Assembly (NCBI GenBank): GCA_963770895.1
Contig: CAVYRF010000001.1
Location: 2,048,001-2,112,000 of the forward strand
DNA from: an uncultured Acidobacteriota bacterium
Lineage (GTDB): Bacteria > Acidobacteriota > Thermoanaerobaculia > Multivoradales > UBA5704
DNA length: 64,000 nucleotides
Reading direction: 5' to 3'
How positions within the stretch are numbered: position 1 is the stretch's first letter; each line of letters opens with the position of its first letter. The notes under the pieces are model-generated. The model was not told where the DNA came from, searched no databases, and worked only from the letters and a program-made list of their open reading frames with translations. The translations under genes and the position numbers were made by a program. Positions 20,790-30,032 of this stretch are shown here, piece by piece.

Positions 20790-22109
20790 ATGGAAAGTCC
20801 CAAATCCGCAGACGCCCGGCTGCCCGCGCAGGCAGACCAGGGGGTAGACGACGGCCCGCTTCAAGCGGCGACGCGGGCAGGCGCAAAGGCCGACGCAGAC
20901 CGCGGCCTCCTTGAGGCGGCCACGCGGGCAGCCGGCGGGGAAGGCGACGCCCTCCTGGGTCGACGCTGGGCCACCGGCCTGGTCTGCTCGCGCACCGGTG
21001 CCGCGGCACCGCTCGACCAGCCCGCCTTCCTGTCACCCGCGGGGGCGCCGTGGCTGGTCCAGTACGACCTCGATCGCGAGCGCGGCCAGCAGCTGCGCCA
21101 GGCGCTTCCAGCCCGCCCCTGGTCGCTGTGGCGCTATCGCGAGCTGCTCCCCGTGGCGGATTTTGAGCGGCGCATCGACCTCGGCGAGGGCGCCACGCCC
21201 CTGCGCCGCCTGCATCGCACGCCCCTGGCCGGAGCCGACCTCTGGATCAAGGACGAAGCCCTCAATCCCACCGGCTCCTTCAAGGCGCGCGGCATGTCGC
21301 TGGCGGTCAACCGAGCCCGCGAGCTGGGCGCCCCCGGCGTGCAGCTGGCAAGCGCCGGCAACGCCGCCCTGGCCCTGACCGCCTACGCCGCCGCCGCCGG
21401 CCTGCCGGCGCGCGTCGCGCTGCCCGAAGACACCCCGCCGGGCATCGCCGCCCGCTGCCGCGACCACGGCGCCCAGGTCTACACCGCCCCCGGCACCCTG
21501 CTCGACGCCGCCCGCCAGCTCGAGGCCGCCGGCGGCGGGTACTGGAACCTGTCCACCCTGCGCGAGCCCTACCGCGCCGAAGGCAAGAAGACCATGGGCT
21601 TCGAGCTGGCCGAGCAGTTCCACTGGCGCCTCCCGGATTGGATCATCTACCCCCTGGGCGGCGGCACCGGCATCGTCGGCATGCACAAAGCCTTCGCCGA
21701 GCTGCGCCAGCTGGGGCTGGTGGGCGACGCCAGGCCCCACTTCGTCGCCGTCCAGATGGCCGGCTGCGCGCCCATCGTCCGCGCCTTCGAACAGGGCCAG
21801 ACCGTCGCCGCCCCCTGGGAAAACCCCCACACCAACGTCTGGGGCCTCCGCGTCCCCAAAGCCCTGGGCGACTTCCTGGTCCTGGCAGCCCTGCGTGAAT
21901 CCGACGGCCGCGCCGTCGCCGTCGAAGAATCCCGCCTCCCCGGCATCACCGCCACCGCCGCCCGCCAGGAGGGCCTCCGCCTGGGCCCCGAAGGCGCCGC
22001 CGCCCTGGCCGCCGCCCACGACCTCGCCGCCGCCGGCGCCTTCGCCGAAGGCGACCAGGTCGTGGTCTTCCAAACCGGCGACCCCGCCAACTACCTCTCT
22101 CCGCGGTAG
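20790..22109 (+). CDS. thrC: Threonine synthase-like PLP enzyme (fold type II)
   Basis: 'SLWRYRELLP', 'LGEGATPL', PLP lysine in 'NPTGSFKARG', 'ASAGNA', 'EGKKTMGFEL', 'PLGGGTG'. Start placed at ATG 20790 after AGAGGT. Confidence 0.8.
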   Translation: MESPKSADARLPAQADQGVDDGPLQAATRAGAKADADRGLLEAATRAAGGEGDALLGRRWATGLVCSRTGAAAPLDQPAFLSPAGAPWLVQYDLDRERGQQLRQALPARPWSLWRYRELLPVADFERRIDLGEGATPLRRLHRTPLAGADLWIKDEALNPTGSFKARGMSLAVNRARELGAPGVQLASAGNAALALTAYAAAAGLPARVALPEDTPPGIAARCRDHGAQVYTAPGTLLDAARQLEAAGGGYWNLSTLREPYRAEGKKTMGFELAEQFHWRLPDWIIYPLGGGTGIVGMHKAFAELRQLGLVGDARPHFVAVQMAGCAPIVRAFEQGQTVAAPWENPHTNVWGLRVPKALGDFLVLAALRESDGRAVAVEESRLPGITATAARQEGLRLGPEGAAALAAAHDLAAAGAFAEGDQVVVFQTGDPANYLSPR

Positions 22110-22146
22110 GTCAAGTCAACCTGACGGTGACGAAGGGAGGTAAACG

Positions 22147-24585
22147 ATGCTGCGCGATCTGATCCAGGCCTGGCGCTCGTTGCGCCGCAGCAAGGAATAC
22201 GCCCTGGCGGCGATCCTGACGCTGGCGCTCGGGCTGGGGGCCAATGCGGCGATCTTCACCGCGGTGCTGGGGGCGGTGCTGCGGCCGCTGCCGCTGCCGG
22301 ATTCCGAGCGCCTGATGTGGGTGGGGCACGCGCACCGCGAAAGCGGCGTCGTCGCGGCCTTCTCGCCGCAGGATTTCGACGATCTGGCGCGCGCCACGAA
22401 CGGTCGCGTCTTCAGCGATATCGCGGACTACGCGTTCTTTCCGCGCCTGAGCGGCATGAACCTGACCGGCACCGGCGCGCCGCTGCGAGTGCCGGTGGCG
22501 AACGTCTCCGGTGCCTGGTTCCGCACCCTGGGAGCGGCGGCGGAGCTGGGGCGGGCGCTGCAGCCGGACGACGACCGCCTGGGCGGCGACCACGTGGTGG
22601 TGTTGAGCCACGCCCTGTGGCGCAGCCGCTTCGCCCACGATCGGGCGATCGTCGGGCGCAAGGTGGTGCTCGACGGCGAACCGTTCGTGATCGCCGGCGT
22701 CATGCCGGCGGGGTTCACCCTGCCGGACCGCCAGGTGGGCCTGTGGGCGCCGCTGTCGCTGGTGGGCGACGCCAAGGTGCCCCATCGCCGCGAAGTGCGC
22801 TGGCTTTCGGTCGTCGGCCGCCTGGCGCCAGGGGTGACGCAGCAGGCTGCCGCGGCGCACGTCGGGACGGTGCTGGCCAGCCTGGAGCGGCAGTTCCCGG
22901 ACAGCAACAAGGGCTGGGGCAGGGCGGCGCTGCGCCCGCTGCACGACGTGATCGTCGGCGACGTGCGCCCGCTGTTCACCGTGCTGGCCGCGGCGGCCGG
23001 CGCGGTGCTGCTGATCGTCTGCGTCAACCTGGCCAACCTGACTCTGGCGCGAGCGACGGGGCGCAGCCGCGAGATGGCGATCCGGGCGGCGGTCGGCGCC
23101 ACGCCGATGCGCCTGACGCGCCAGCTGATGGCCGAGAGCCTGGCCCTGGCACTGGCCGGCGGCGCGCTGGGGCTGCTGCTGGCGCACTGGGGGGTGGCGG
23201 CGCTGCGTGAGTCCGCCGCCGATTTCGTGCCGCGCGCGGGCGAAATGCGTCTGGACGGCATCGTGGCGGTGTTCACCCTGGCGCTGGCGCTCGCCGCCGG
23301 CATCGGCTTCGGCCTGGCGCCGGCGCTGTCGGCCGCCGCCTCCAGCCTGCGGGAGGCCCTGCAGCAGTTCGGCAGCGCTGCCGGCGCCGGCGGAACCCGG
23401 CGCCGGCGATCGGCCCGCAGCCTTGGGGGGAGCAGCCTGGTGGTGCTCGAAACCGCCCTGGCCACGGTGCTGCTGCTGGGCGCCAGCCTGCTGCTGCGCA
23501 GCTTCTGGCAGCTGCTGCACGTCGAACCCGGCTTCGACAGCGCCAGCGTGCTCAGCCTGAGCATCAGCGTTCCCGAGCGGGCGCTCAATCCCACCGACAA
23601 CGGCATGCGCTATGTCGACGCCATCCTGGACCGCCTGCGCGCCCTGCCCGGAGTGGTGGCGGCGGGCGCCAGCCACACCTTGCCCCTGGCCGGCGGCGCC
23701 GATACCTACAAGTTCACCACCGAAGGCGACGCGTCCCCCCGCGAGGTGATGCCGGCCGGAGGGGTGCTGACCGCCACGTCCGGCTACTTCCGCGCGCTCG
23801 GCATTCCGCTCGTCGTCGGGCGCGACTTCGACCGCCGCGACGACGACGGCAAGGCGCCGCCGGCGATCGTCGTCAACCAGGCGCTGGCGCGCCAGCTGTG
23901 GCCCGGCCAGAGCCCGCTCGGCAGGCGGCTGCGCAGCGGCGAGCTGAGCATGCAGATCGTCGGCGTGGTCGCCGACGTGCACAACGACGGTCTGGCCAAG
24001 CCGGTCGCGCCGGCGGTCTACGGGCCGCCCTTCCTGTTCACGCGCTCGACCCTGAAGCTGTTCGTGCGCACCGTCGGAGCCCCGCTGGCCACCCTGGGGG
24101 CGGCGCGGCGCGCGATCTGGGACGTCGACCACGATCTGCCGATCGCCGAGGAGGTCACCATGCAGGACGTGGTGGATTCCAGCGTCGCCCTGCCGCGGCT
24201 GCTGAGCTGGCTGGTGGGCGCCTTCGGCGGCCTGGCGGCGCTGCTCGCCGCCCTGGGCACCTACGGCGTGATCGCCTACGGCGTGCGCCGCCGCACGCGC
24301 GAGATCGGCGTGCGCATGGCGCTCGGCGCCGACCGTACCGGCGTCATCGGCCTGGTGGTGCGCCAGGGGCTGGGGCTGTGTCTGTGCGGCCTCGCCTGCG
24401 GCCTGCTGGCCGGCCTTGCCGGCGCGCCGCTCCTGGGCAGCCTGCTTTTCCAGGTGAAGCCGTTCGATCCGGTCGCCTGTGCCGCCGCGGCGCTGGTCGT
24501 CGTCGCCTCCGCGCTGGCCGCCAGCTATTTCCCGGCGCGCGAGGCGGCGAGCGTCGACCCGCTGCTGGCGATCCGCAGCGAGTGA
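22147..24585 (+). CDS. ADOP-type duplicated MacB/FtsX ABC-transporter permease
   Basis: 'ILTLALGLGANAAIF', 'VLLIVCVNLANL...RSREMAIRAAVGA', second repeat 'YGVIAY...RTREIGVRMALGA', C-terminal 'ASVDPLLAIRSE'. Confidence 0.92.
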   Translation: MLRDLIQAWRSLRRSKEYALAAILTLALGLGANAAIFTAVLGAVLRPLPLPDSERLMWVGHAHRESGVVAAFSPQDFDDLARATNGRVFSDIADYAFFPRLSGMNLTGTGAPLRVPVANVSGAWFRTLGAAAELGRALQPDDDRLGGDHVVVLSHALWRSRFAHDRAIVGRKVVLDGEPFVIAGVMPAGFTLPDRQVGLWAPLSLVGDAKVPHRREVRWLSVVGRLAPGVTQQAAAAHVGTVLASLERQFPDSNKGWGRAALRPLHDVIVGDVRPLFTVLAAAAGAVLLIVCVNLANLTLARATGRSREMAIRAAVGATPMRLTRQLMAESLALALAGGALGLLLAHWGVAALRESAADFVPRAGEMRLDGIVAVFTLALALAAGIGFGLAPALSAAASSLREALQQFGSAAGAGGTRRRRSARSLGGSSLVVLETALATVLLLGASLLLRSFWQLLHVEPGFDSASVLSLSISVPERALNPTDNGMRYVDAILDRLRALPGVVAAGASHTLPLAGGADTYKFTTEGDASPREVMPAGGVLTATSGYFRALGIPLVVGRDFDRRDDDGKAPPAIVVNQALARQLWPGQSPLGRRLRSGELSMQIVGVVADVHNDGLAKPVAPAVYGPPFLFTRSTLKLFVRTVGAPLATLGAARRAIWDVDHDLPIAEEVTMQDVVDSSVALPRLLSWLVGAFGGLAALLAALGTYGVIAYGVRRRTREIGVRMALGADRTGVIGLVVRQGLGLCLCGLACGLLAGLAGAPLLGSLLFQVKPFDPVACAAAALVVVASALAASYFPAREAASVDPLLAIRSE

Positions 24586-24600
24586 AAGCCACCCCTCCTC

Positions 24601-25140
24601 ATGGCCCTCACCGCGACCGTCTACAACTTCGACGTCGAGCTCGCCGACAGCGACCGCGCCGTCTACGAAAGCCTGGCGCTGCGTCTGGCGCTCCACCCTT
24701 CCGAGTCGATCGACTACCTGTGGACGCGCACCCTCGCGTACTGCCTGGAATACGAGCCGGGGCTTGAGTTCTCGCGCGGCATCTCGGCCGGCGACGAGCC
24801 CGCCATCTGGTCGCACGACGCGGCAGGCGCCATCAAGAGCTGGATCGAAGTCGGCACGCCGGACGCCCCGCGCCTGCACAAGGCGGCCAAGGCGGCGCAG
24901 CGCGTCGCCGTCTACACCCACCGCGAAGCGGCGGCGCTGCGCCAGCTCGCCGGCAAGCCGATCCACCGCGCCGCCGAGATCCCCCTCTACGCCTTCAGCC
25001 GCCAGGCGCTCAGCGAGCTCGAAGCGCTCCTGGACCGCCGCCTGCGCATCCAGCTCGTCGTCTCCGGCGGCCAGCTCTACATCGACGTCGCCGGCCGCCA
25101 GATCATCGCCGGCGTCACCGAGCACCGCCTGGACGGCTGA
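24601..25140 (+). CDS. yaeQ: YaeQ family protein
   Basis: 'MALTATVY...DSDR.VY...LALHPSE', 'GLEFSRGI...DEPAIW', 'WIEVGTPD..RLHKA'. Confidence 0.92.
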   Translation: MALTATVYNFDVELADSDRAVYESLALRLALHPSESIDYLWTRTLAYCLEYEPGLEFSRGISAGDEPAIWSHDAAGAIKSWIEVGTPDAPRLHKAAKAAQRVAVYTHREAAALRQLAGKPIHRAAEIPLYAFSRQALSELEALLDRRLRIQLVVSGGQLYIDVAGRQIIAGVTEHRLDG

Positions 25141-25235
25141 CCTGCCGCCGTCGCAGCCGTGACACCATGCAATCGGCCGGGGCCACCCAGGGCCGGCCGG
25201 CCGCGTCCACGCAGGCACCTGATCGGAGCCGAGCC

Positions 25236-26753
25236 ATGACCCACCGTCTGTTCGCCCGCAAGCCGTTGCAAGATCCGAACGCGGCACCGCAGGAACCTGG
25301 CGATGGGGAAGGGCTGCGGCGCGCGCTCGGCCCGGTGCAGCTCACCGCGATCGGCATCGGCGCCATCCTGGGCGCCGGGATCTTCGTCACCACCGGCGTC
25401 ATCGCCCGCCAGACCGCCGGTCCGGCCCTGCTGCTCTCCTACGTCGTGGCGGCCGTCGCCTGCACCTTCGCCGCCCTCTGCTACGCCGAGCTGGCGGCGC
25501 TGGTGCCCGCCGCCGGCTCCGCCTACGCCTATGCCTACGCAACCCTGGGCGAGCTGCCCGCCTGGCTGATCGGCTGGACCCTGATCCTGGAATACGGAGG
25601 GGGCGCCGCCCTGGTCGCCAACGGCTGGTCCGGCTATCTGCAAAGCGCCCTGGCCTCCTTCGGCCTGCACCTGCCGCACGCCATCGCCGGCCCCGTCGTG
25701 CACTACGACCCCCACCTCGGGGCCCTGGTCGCCACCGGATCCCTGGTCAACCTGCCGGCGGTCGCGATCGTCGCCCTCCTGATGATCATCCTGGTCGCCG
25801 GCATCCGCGAAAGCGCCCGCCTCAACGCCGCCATGGTCGCCGTGAAGCTCCTCGCGGTCCTCTTCGTCGTCGGCGCCGGCGCCTTCTACGTCAACCGCCA
25901 CAACTGGCACCCCTTCGCGCCCTACGGCCTGGGCGGCCTCGGCCTCTTCGGCAAAACCCTCCTGGGAAGCACCGACGCCGGAGGCCGCCCCGTCGGCATG
26001 CTCGCCGGCGCCGCCCTGGCTTTTCTGTCCTACTTCGGCTTCGATGCCGTCTCCACCCAAGCCGAGGAAGCGCGGCGCCCCCAGCGCGACGTCCCCATCG
26101 CCATCCTGGCCTCCCTCGCCATCTGCACCACCCTCTACATGGCCGTCGTCACCGTGCTCACCGGCATGGTCCCCTACGACCGCCTCGACCTCAACGCCCC
26201 CCTGGCCAACGCCTTCGCCCAGGTCGGCCTGGGCTGGGCGAATCTCCTCATCTCCCTGGCCGGAGTCGCCGCCATCACCACCGTCGAGTTGGTGCTGCTG
26301 CTCTCCCTGCCGCGCATCCTCCTGGCCATGGCGCGCGACGGCCTCCTGCCCACCCGCTTTTTTGCCGCCGTCCACCCACGCTTCCGCACCCCCTGGAAAG
26401 CAACCCTGGCCACCGGCCTCCTGGTCGCCGTCCTTGCCGCCTTCCTCCCCATGGACCTCATGCTCAACCTGGCCATCATGGGCACGCTCTTCATCTTCAT
26501 CGTCGTGTGCCTGGCCATCCCCATCATGCGCCGCTCCCACCCCCACCTCGACCGCCCCTTCCGCGTCCCCTGGGTCCCCCTCACCCCCCTCCTCGGTGCC
26601 ATCAGCTGCCTGGTCCTCATGTGCGGCCTGCCCGCCGAAAACTGGCTCCGCCTCCTCCTCTGGTGCCTGGCCGGCCTGGTCCTCTACCTCCTCTACGGCC
26701 GTCACCACAGCCTCCTCTCCGCACGCGGCGCCGGGCAACAGCGGCAACCATGA
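25236..26753 (+). CDS. APC-family amino acid permease (cationic amino acid transporter-like)
   Basis: 'LRRALG..QLTAIGIGAILGAGIFV', 'CYAELA..VP.AGSAY', 'GFDAVST.AEE', 'MARDGLLP', 'RPFRVP'. Confidence 0.92.
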   Translation: MTHRLFARKPLQDPNAAPQEPGDGEGLRRALGPVQLTAIGIGAILGAGIFVTTGVIARQTAGPALLLSYVVAAVACTFAALCYAELAALVPAAGSAYAYAYATLGELPAWLIGWTLILEYGGGAALVANGWSGYLQSALASFGLHLPHAIAGPVVHYDPHLGALVATGSLVNLPAVAIVALLMIILVAGIRESARLNAAMVAVKLLAVLFVVGAGAFYVNRHNWHPFAPYGLGGLGLFGKTLLGSTDAGGRPVGMLAGAALAFLSYFGFDAVSTQAEEARRPQRDVPIAILASLAICTTLYMAVVTVLTGMVPYDRLDLNAPLANAFAQVGLGWANLLISLAGVAAITTVELVLLLSLPRILLAMARDGLLPTRFFAAVHPRFRTPWKATLATGLLVAVLAAFLPMDLMLNLAIMGTLFIFIVVCLAIPIMRRSHPHLDRPFRVPWVPLTPLLGAISCLVLMCGLPAENWLRLLLWCLAGLVLYLLYGRHHSLLSARGAGQQRQP

Positions 26754-26915
26754 CCGAAAATCACAATGTGACCTGGGCCATCACCAACGGTCAATTCGAA
26801 CGTGTCCGGGGGCGGCGCTGCTGCCTTAGGATGTGATCAAAAGTGCTAACAGGGCGACCAGCGAGTGAGCAAGGCGACGACCTGCGCCGTGAAGCCGGCA
26901 GGGCCGTGCGGCGCC

Positions 26916-27029
26916 TCACTCCTCCCCCAGGTAGGCCGCGCGCACGTGGTCGCTCTCGCTCAGGGCGGTGGCGGTCCCGGCGAGGACGACGCGCCCCGAC
27001 TCCATCACCGCGGCGCGGGAGTGAGCTCG
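26916..27029 (-). pseudogene. 3' remnant of a LivF-like ABC ATP-binding protein
   Basis: 'RAAVMESGRVVLAGTATALSESDHVRAAYLGEE*' resembles the LivF C-terminus (R.YV.E.G.I...G....L.....V..AYLG). The rest of the gene is absent. Confidence 0.65.
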
Positions 27030-27300
27030 ACACCCAGCCGCTTGGGACGCCACACCCCTGAGCGGCCGGTGCCTCCCCAGTCTGCTGCATACCATATGCA
27101 GGAAAGTGGATTTTTTGGCCGCCACGGCCCCCCAGCTCAGGATCAAGCCTCACCGCCCGCAGGAGAAGCTGCGTGAGCCGCCAGGCTCACGCAGCCACTG
27201 AGGTCGAGAGCAGGGTTCAGCCCATCATGGGCGAGGGTCGGCTGGCGTTGGTGCTCGCGGCGCGGCGAAGGGCCAGGGGCGGCACCGATCCAGACTTCGG

Positions 27301-27393
27301 GTGGGCCATCAAGCAAGTCACAGTTTGGTGGCTGAGCTGCTGCAGGAAGGCCGCTACAGCCTGCAAGCGAATCGGAAGAACCGCGAAGGGACC
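27301..27393 (+). mobile_element. ISAzo13-family transposase fragment
   Basis: 'GHQASHSLVAELLQEGRYSLQANRKNREG' matches the conserved ISAzo13 segment (GYSLQANRKT.EG). It is cut off at the toxin gene. Confidence 0.75.
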
Positions 27394-27406
27394 GGCCTCC
27401 CATTCT

Positions 27407-27928
27407 TCAATCGAATAGCCGCCGGATATCGGCCATTGGCCGAAACAACTTCATGGGCTGGTCCAGAAACGGAAGGAAGCTTTCCCGCTCGTAGAAACGG
27501 CGAGCGCTCTCATCTTTCGCATCGACGATCACCGCGAACGAGGCGATCTCGCTCCGCGCGGCGCGGTAGAGCGCGTCGGCAAGCAGAAACCGCCCGTAGC
27601 CCTTACCCTGTTGGCGGCGATCGACGGCAAGCCGGCCCAGCAGCGTCGCCGGGACCAATGGATATCGCGGGAGCTTGCGCACAGTCTGTGCCGGCAGCTC
27701 GGCGAGCTGCACCGATGTCGAGGAGAGGGTGTAGTACCCCCCGATCGCCCCGTCCGGTAGCAGCAGGACAAAGGGTGCGGCCATGTTCTTCCGCGCGTCC
27801 TGGCCTGCCTGCGTCCGGAAATATCGATCGAGCGGTTCTACACCACTCTCGAATTCCGACCGGTCATGGCTGGACGTCAGCGGTTCGACGCGAAGTTTCT
27901 CTTCTTTTTCTTCGGACACGCGCGTCAA
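27407..27928 (-). CDS. GNAT acetyltransferase toxin (TacT/AtaT-like)
   Basis: 'HDRSEFESG..PLDRYF', 'GYYTLS', 'LPRYPLVPATLLGRLAVDRRQQGKGYG', 'VIVDAKDESA..FYE'. Confidence 0.92.
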   Translation of the reverse strand: MTRVSEEKEEKLRVEPLTSSHDRSEFESGVEPLDRYFRTQAGQDARKNMAAPFVLLLPDGAIGGYYTLSSTSVQLAELPAQTVRKLPRYPLVPATLLGRLAVDRRQQGKGYGRFLLADALYRAARSEIASFAVIVDAKDESARRFYERESFLPFLDQPMKLFRPMADIRRLFD

Positions 27929-28227
27929 ACGCCGGCTCGCTCGCGATAGCGGCGCACCGTGTCGCGCAGACGGTCATTGACCGGCTGCGGTTTCAGCAGC
28001 GCGTTGACGAAAGCCTCGCTGTCGCGGACAGAGAGGGCGAGCTGGCTGTGTTCCTCGATCGCACGCCGCGCGGCGTCTTGCACGCTCGTCAGCACAAAGT
28101 CGGTCACGCTCCGTCCCTGCAGGGTGGCTGCCCGCTCGATCAGGCTCTTCTGCTCTGCGGTGACGCGCGCCTCCAAGCGCTCCGCCCGTGTGCGCTTGGT
28201 CATGGATCTGGATGCTGCATTGGCCAT
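27925..28227 (-). CDS. DUF1778 (TacA/AtaR-like) RHH antitoxin
   Basis: 'RLEARVTAEQKSLIERAA..QGRSVTDFV...A...IE....L.LS..DSEAFVNAL..P..VN.RL'. RBS AGGAGG; stop overlaps the toxin start. Confidence 0.92.
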   Translation of the reverse strand: MANAASRSMTKRTRAERLEARVTAEQKSLIERAATLQGRSVTDFVLTSVQDAARRAIEEHSQLALSVRDSEAFVNALLKPQPVNDRLRDTVRRYRERAGV

Positions 28228-28245
28228 GGCCGTCCTCCTGACACC

Positions 28246-28274
28246 ATTGTACGGCCAATGGCCGGGCATTTCAA
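28246..28274 (-). promoter_or_regulatory. Toxin-antitoxin operon promoter with palindromic operator in the spacer
   Basis: Minus strand TTGAAA-17 bp-TACAAT. The spacer contains the inverted repeat CGGCCA-N-TGGCCG (28252-28264). Confidence 0.75.
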
Positions 28275-28504
28275 GCTAGCCTCCCATAGGAGGCCCCCTC
28301 GGCTCTGCCGGTCCGCGCGCGGTTCGCTCTTCGGCCACGCGGGATAGTCGCCGCCTCGGCTTCCGAGGCGGCGACGGCACCGTCAGGGTTCTCGGCTTGG
28401 GATGGGCTCGCCGCCGCGGCGGAGCGGGATTCCCCGCGGCGCCGCTTGTAGGGAATGGGGCGGCACGATACCGCCCCGCTTGCTTCAGGACTTCTTGAAC
28501 GGGA

Positions 28505-28642
28505 TCACTTCCCCGGCCGGCTGGCCGCCATCCGCCACTGCCGGATGGTGGCGCGGATCGCCGTGGCGGCCTTGGTGCTGATCGCCGGCAGGAAGCTGAC
28601 GAAGAACTCTCCCTGTCGGTTCTTAGCCCGTCGAGGTTGGAA
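28505..28642 (-). mobile_element. Group II intron reverse transcriptase/maturase fragment
   Basis: 'FQPRRAKNRQGEFFVSFLPAISTKAATAIRATIRQWR' resembles the segment after RT7 (F.FLGY.F.PR..K...G..F..F.PA.S.KA...IR..IR.W). No YADD or upstream RT domains present. Confidence 0.7.
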
Positions 28643-28802
28643 GCGCGGCGCCTCCAGCAGGACCTTGTCGAGGAGCCGTGCGTCTTCGCGGGCGATGGCC
28701 AGGAAAAGGGCGGCAAGCCGAAGATAGTATCTAGCTGGCAGAGGGCATGGCCCGACCGTACCGCCTACAATGGCGCCAGCCCCCACGCCACGAGGAGAGG
28801 CC

Positions 28803-29837
28803 ATGCACCGAGCCGCGCCAGTCACGTTCGTAGCCGCTCTCGCCGTCGCGAGCGCTCTCACCGCCATCACCCCGCTTCATGCCGAGGGCTCCAAGGTCGT
28901 CAAGCACACTAGCGTGCCGATTTTCGGCAGCGTTTCCGAATCCGATAGCACCGAATGGGTCTCGCCCCAGGCGAAGCGCACCGAAGGTGCCAGCAGCGTC
29001 AAGGGCGGATTCATTGGAGCGCTGGCGAAACTGCACCGGGACAAGCAACGTGTCGTCATCATACGGCTCGACAAGGGCGTCGTCTGGACGCTCGATCCTG
29101 CGAACCAGACCTACACCGAGGCTCCGATCGCCCGCTATCAGGAACCCTCTGCCGAGGGCGGCAACGGCCGGCCGGCACCGCCGCCGCAGGAGAAAAGCAG
29201 CATCCGCGTCGTCGGCGCCGATTTTAGCGTGAAGGCAACCGGCCAGGAAAACACCATCGCCGGCTTCGCCTGCAAGCAGTCGGTCATGGACGGCTACATC
29301 GAGTTCGAAGATTCCGAGAGCAAGGACCGCTCGCGCTGGGAATTCCATGACGAAAGATGGTCGACCGCGGTGACGCCGGCGATTCGCCACTATCAGGAGG
29401 CCGAACGCGAATTCGGCCGCAACTACATTGCCAAGCTCGGCATTGCGACCCCCGACGCGCGTACCGCCGATGCCATGCTGCAGGGCCTGATGCGCAGCAC
29501 CGGTATCTCCGGCGCGCAGCTCGCAAAGGCTACCGCCAAGCTGGCCAGCGAATCCGCGAAGATCTCGGGCTTCGCGATCGTCAACCATTTCCGCTGGAGT
29601 CTCTCCTCGCAGAACGGCAAGCCGGCGCCGGCGGGAAGCGGCGCGAACTCCGGCGAGCCTGCGGGCGCTCCGCAGCAGGGTGGGCTTGCCTCCATCTTCC
29701 GCCGCAATCGCGATAGCTCGGACTCAAGCGGCAATGGCGGCCTCACCATCGAAGGAACGACCGAGATCCGTTCGCTGAGCGACGAAAGCGGCGACTTCAC
29801 CATCCCCGCCGGCTATCGCAAGGTCGACAGCAACTGA
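28803..29837 (+). CDS. Secreted hypothetical protein (DUF4412-like)
   Basis: Signal peptide 'AALAVASALTAITPLHA'; 'IIRLDKGVVWTLDP..QTY', 'ATGQENTIAGFAC', C-terminal 'FTIPAGYRKV'. RBS AGGAGAGG. Confidence 0.7.
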   Translation: MHRAAPVTFVAALAVASALTAITPLHAEGSKVVKHTSVPIFGSVSESDSTEWVSPQAKRTEGASSVKGGFIGALAKLHRDKQRVVIIRLDKGVVWTLDPANQTYTEAPIARYQEPSAEGGNGRPAPPPQEKSSIRVVGADFSVKATGQENTIAGFACKQSVMDGYIEFEDSESKDRSRWEFHDERWSTAVTPAIRHYQEAEREFGRNYIAKLGIATPDARTADAMLQGLMRSTGISGAQLAKATAKLASESAKISGFAIVNHFRWSLSSQNGKPAPAGSGANSGEPAGAPQQGGLASIFRRNRDSSDSSGNGGLTIEGTTEIRSLSDESGDFTIPAGYRKVDSN

Positions 29838-30032
29838 AGCGCTTCGCGGTCTGCCCGGCGCGCCGGTCGGCCAGCTGGCCTTTGGGGCGCCCCGCCTGCC
29901 AGGGCTACACTTGCTAGCCTTCCGAAGGGATTAATACCCGGCCGCCCCCGTGCTGATCGCTTCTGTACCGACCGCCCGCGACCATCGTCAACGGCCAGAT
30001 TTGCCGCCGGCACTCGGTTCAGCGAGCGGCGC

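Noticed and set aside
20845-20945. Small internal duplication in the threonine synthase-like N-terminus (DDGPLQAATRA / DRGLLEAATRA)
   Set aside because: Two degenerate copies in a probably disordered extension, with no evidence of function.
28347-28375. Perfect 13-bp hairpin as an intrinsic terminator
   Set aside because: No U-tract on either strand and no intact gene ends next to it, so it is noted only as part of the decayed region.
28505-28870. Intact retroelement (group II intron, retron or DGR)
   Set aside because: Only about 45 aa of RT/maturase-like sequence, no YADD motif and no recognisable intron domain V/VI.
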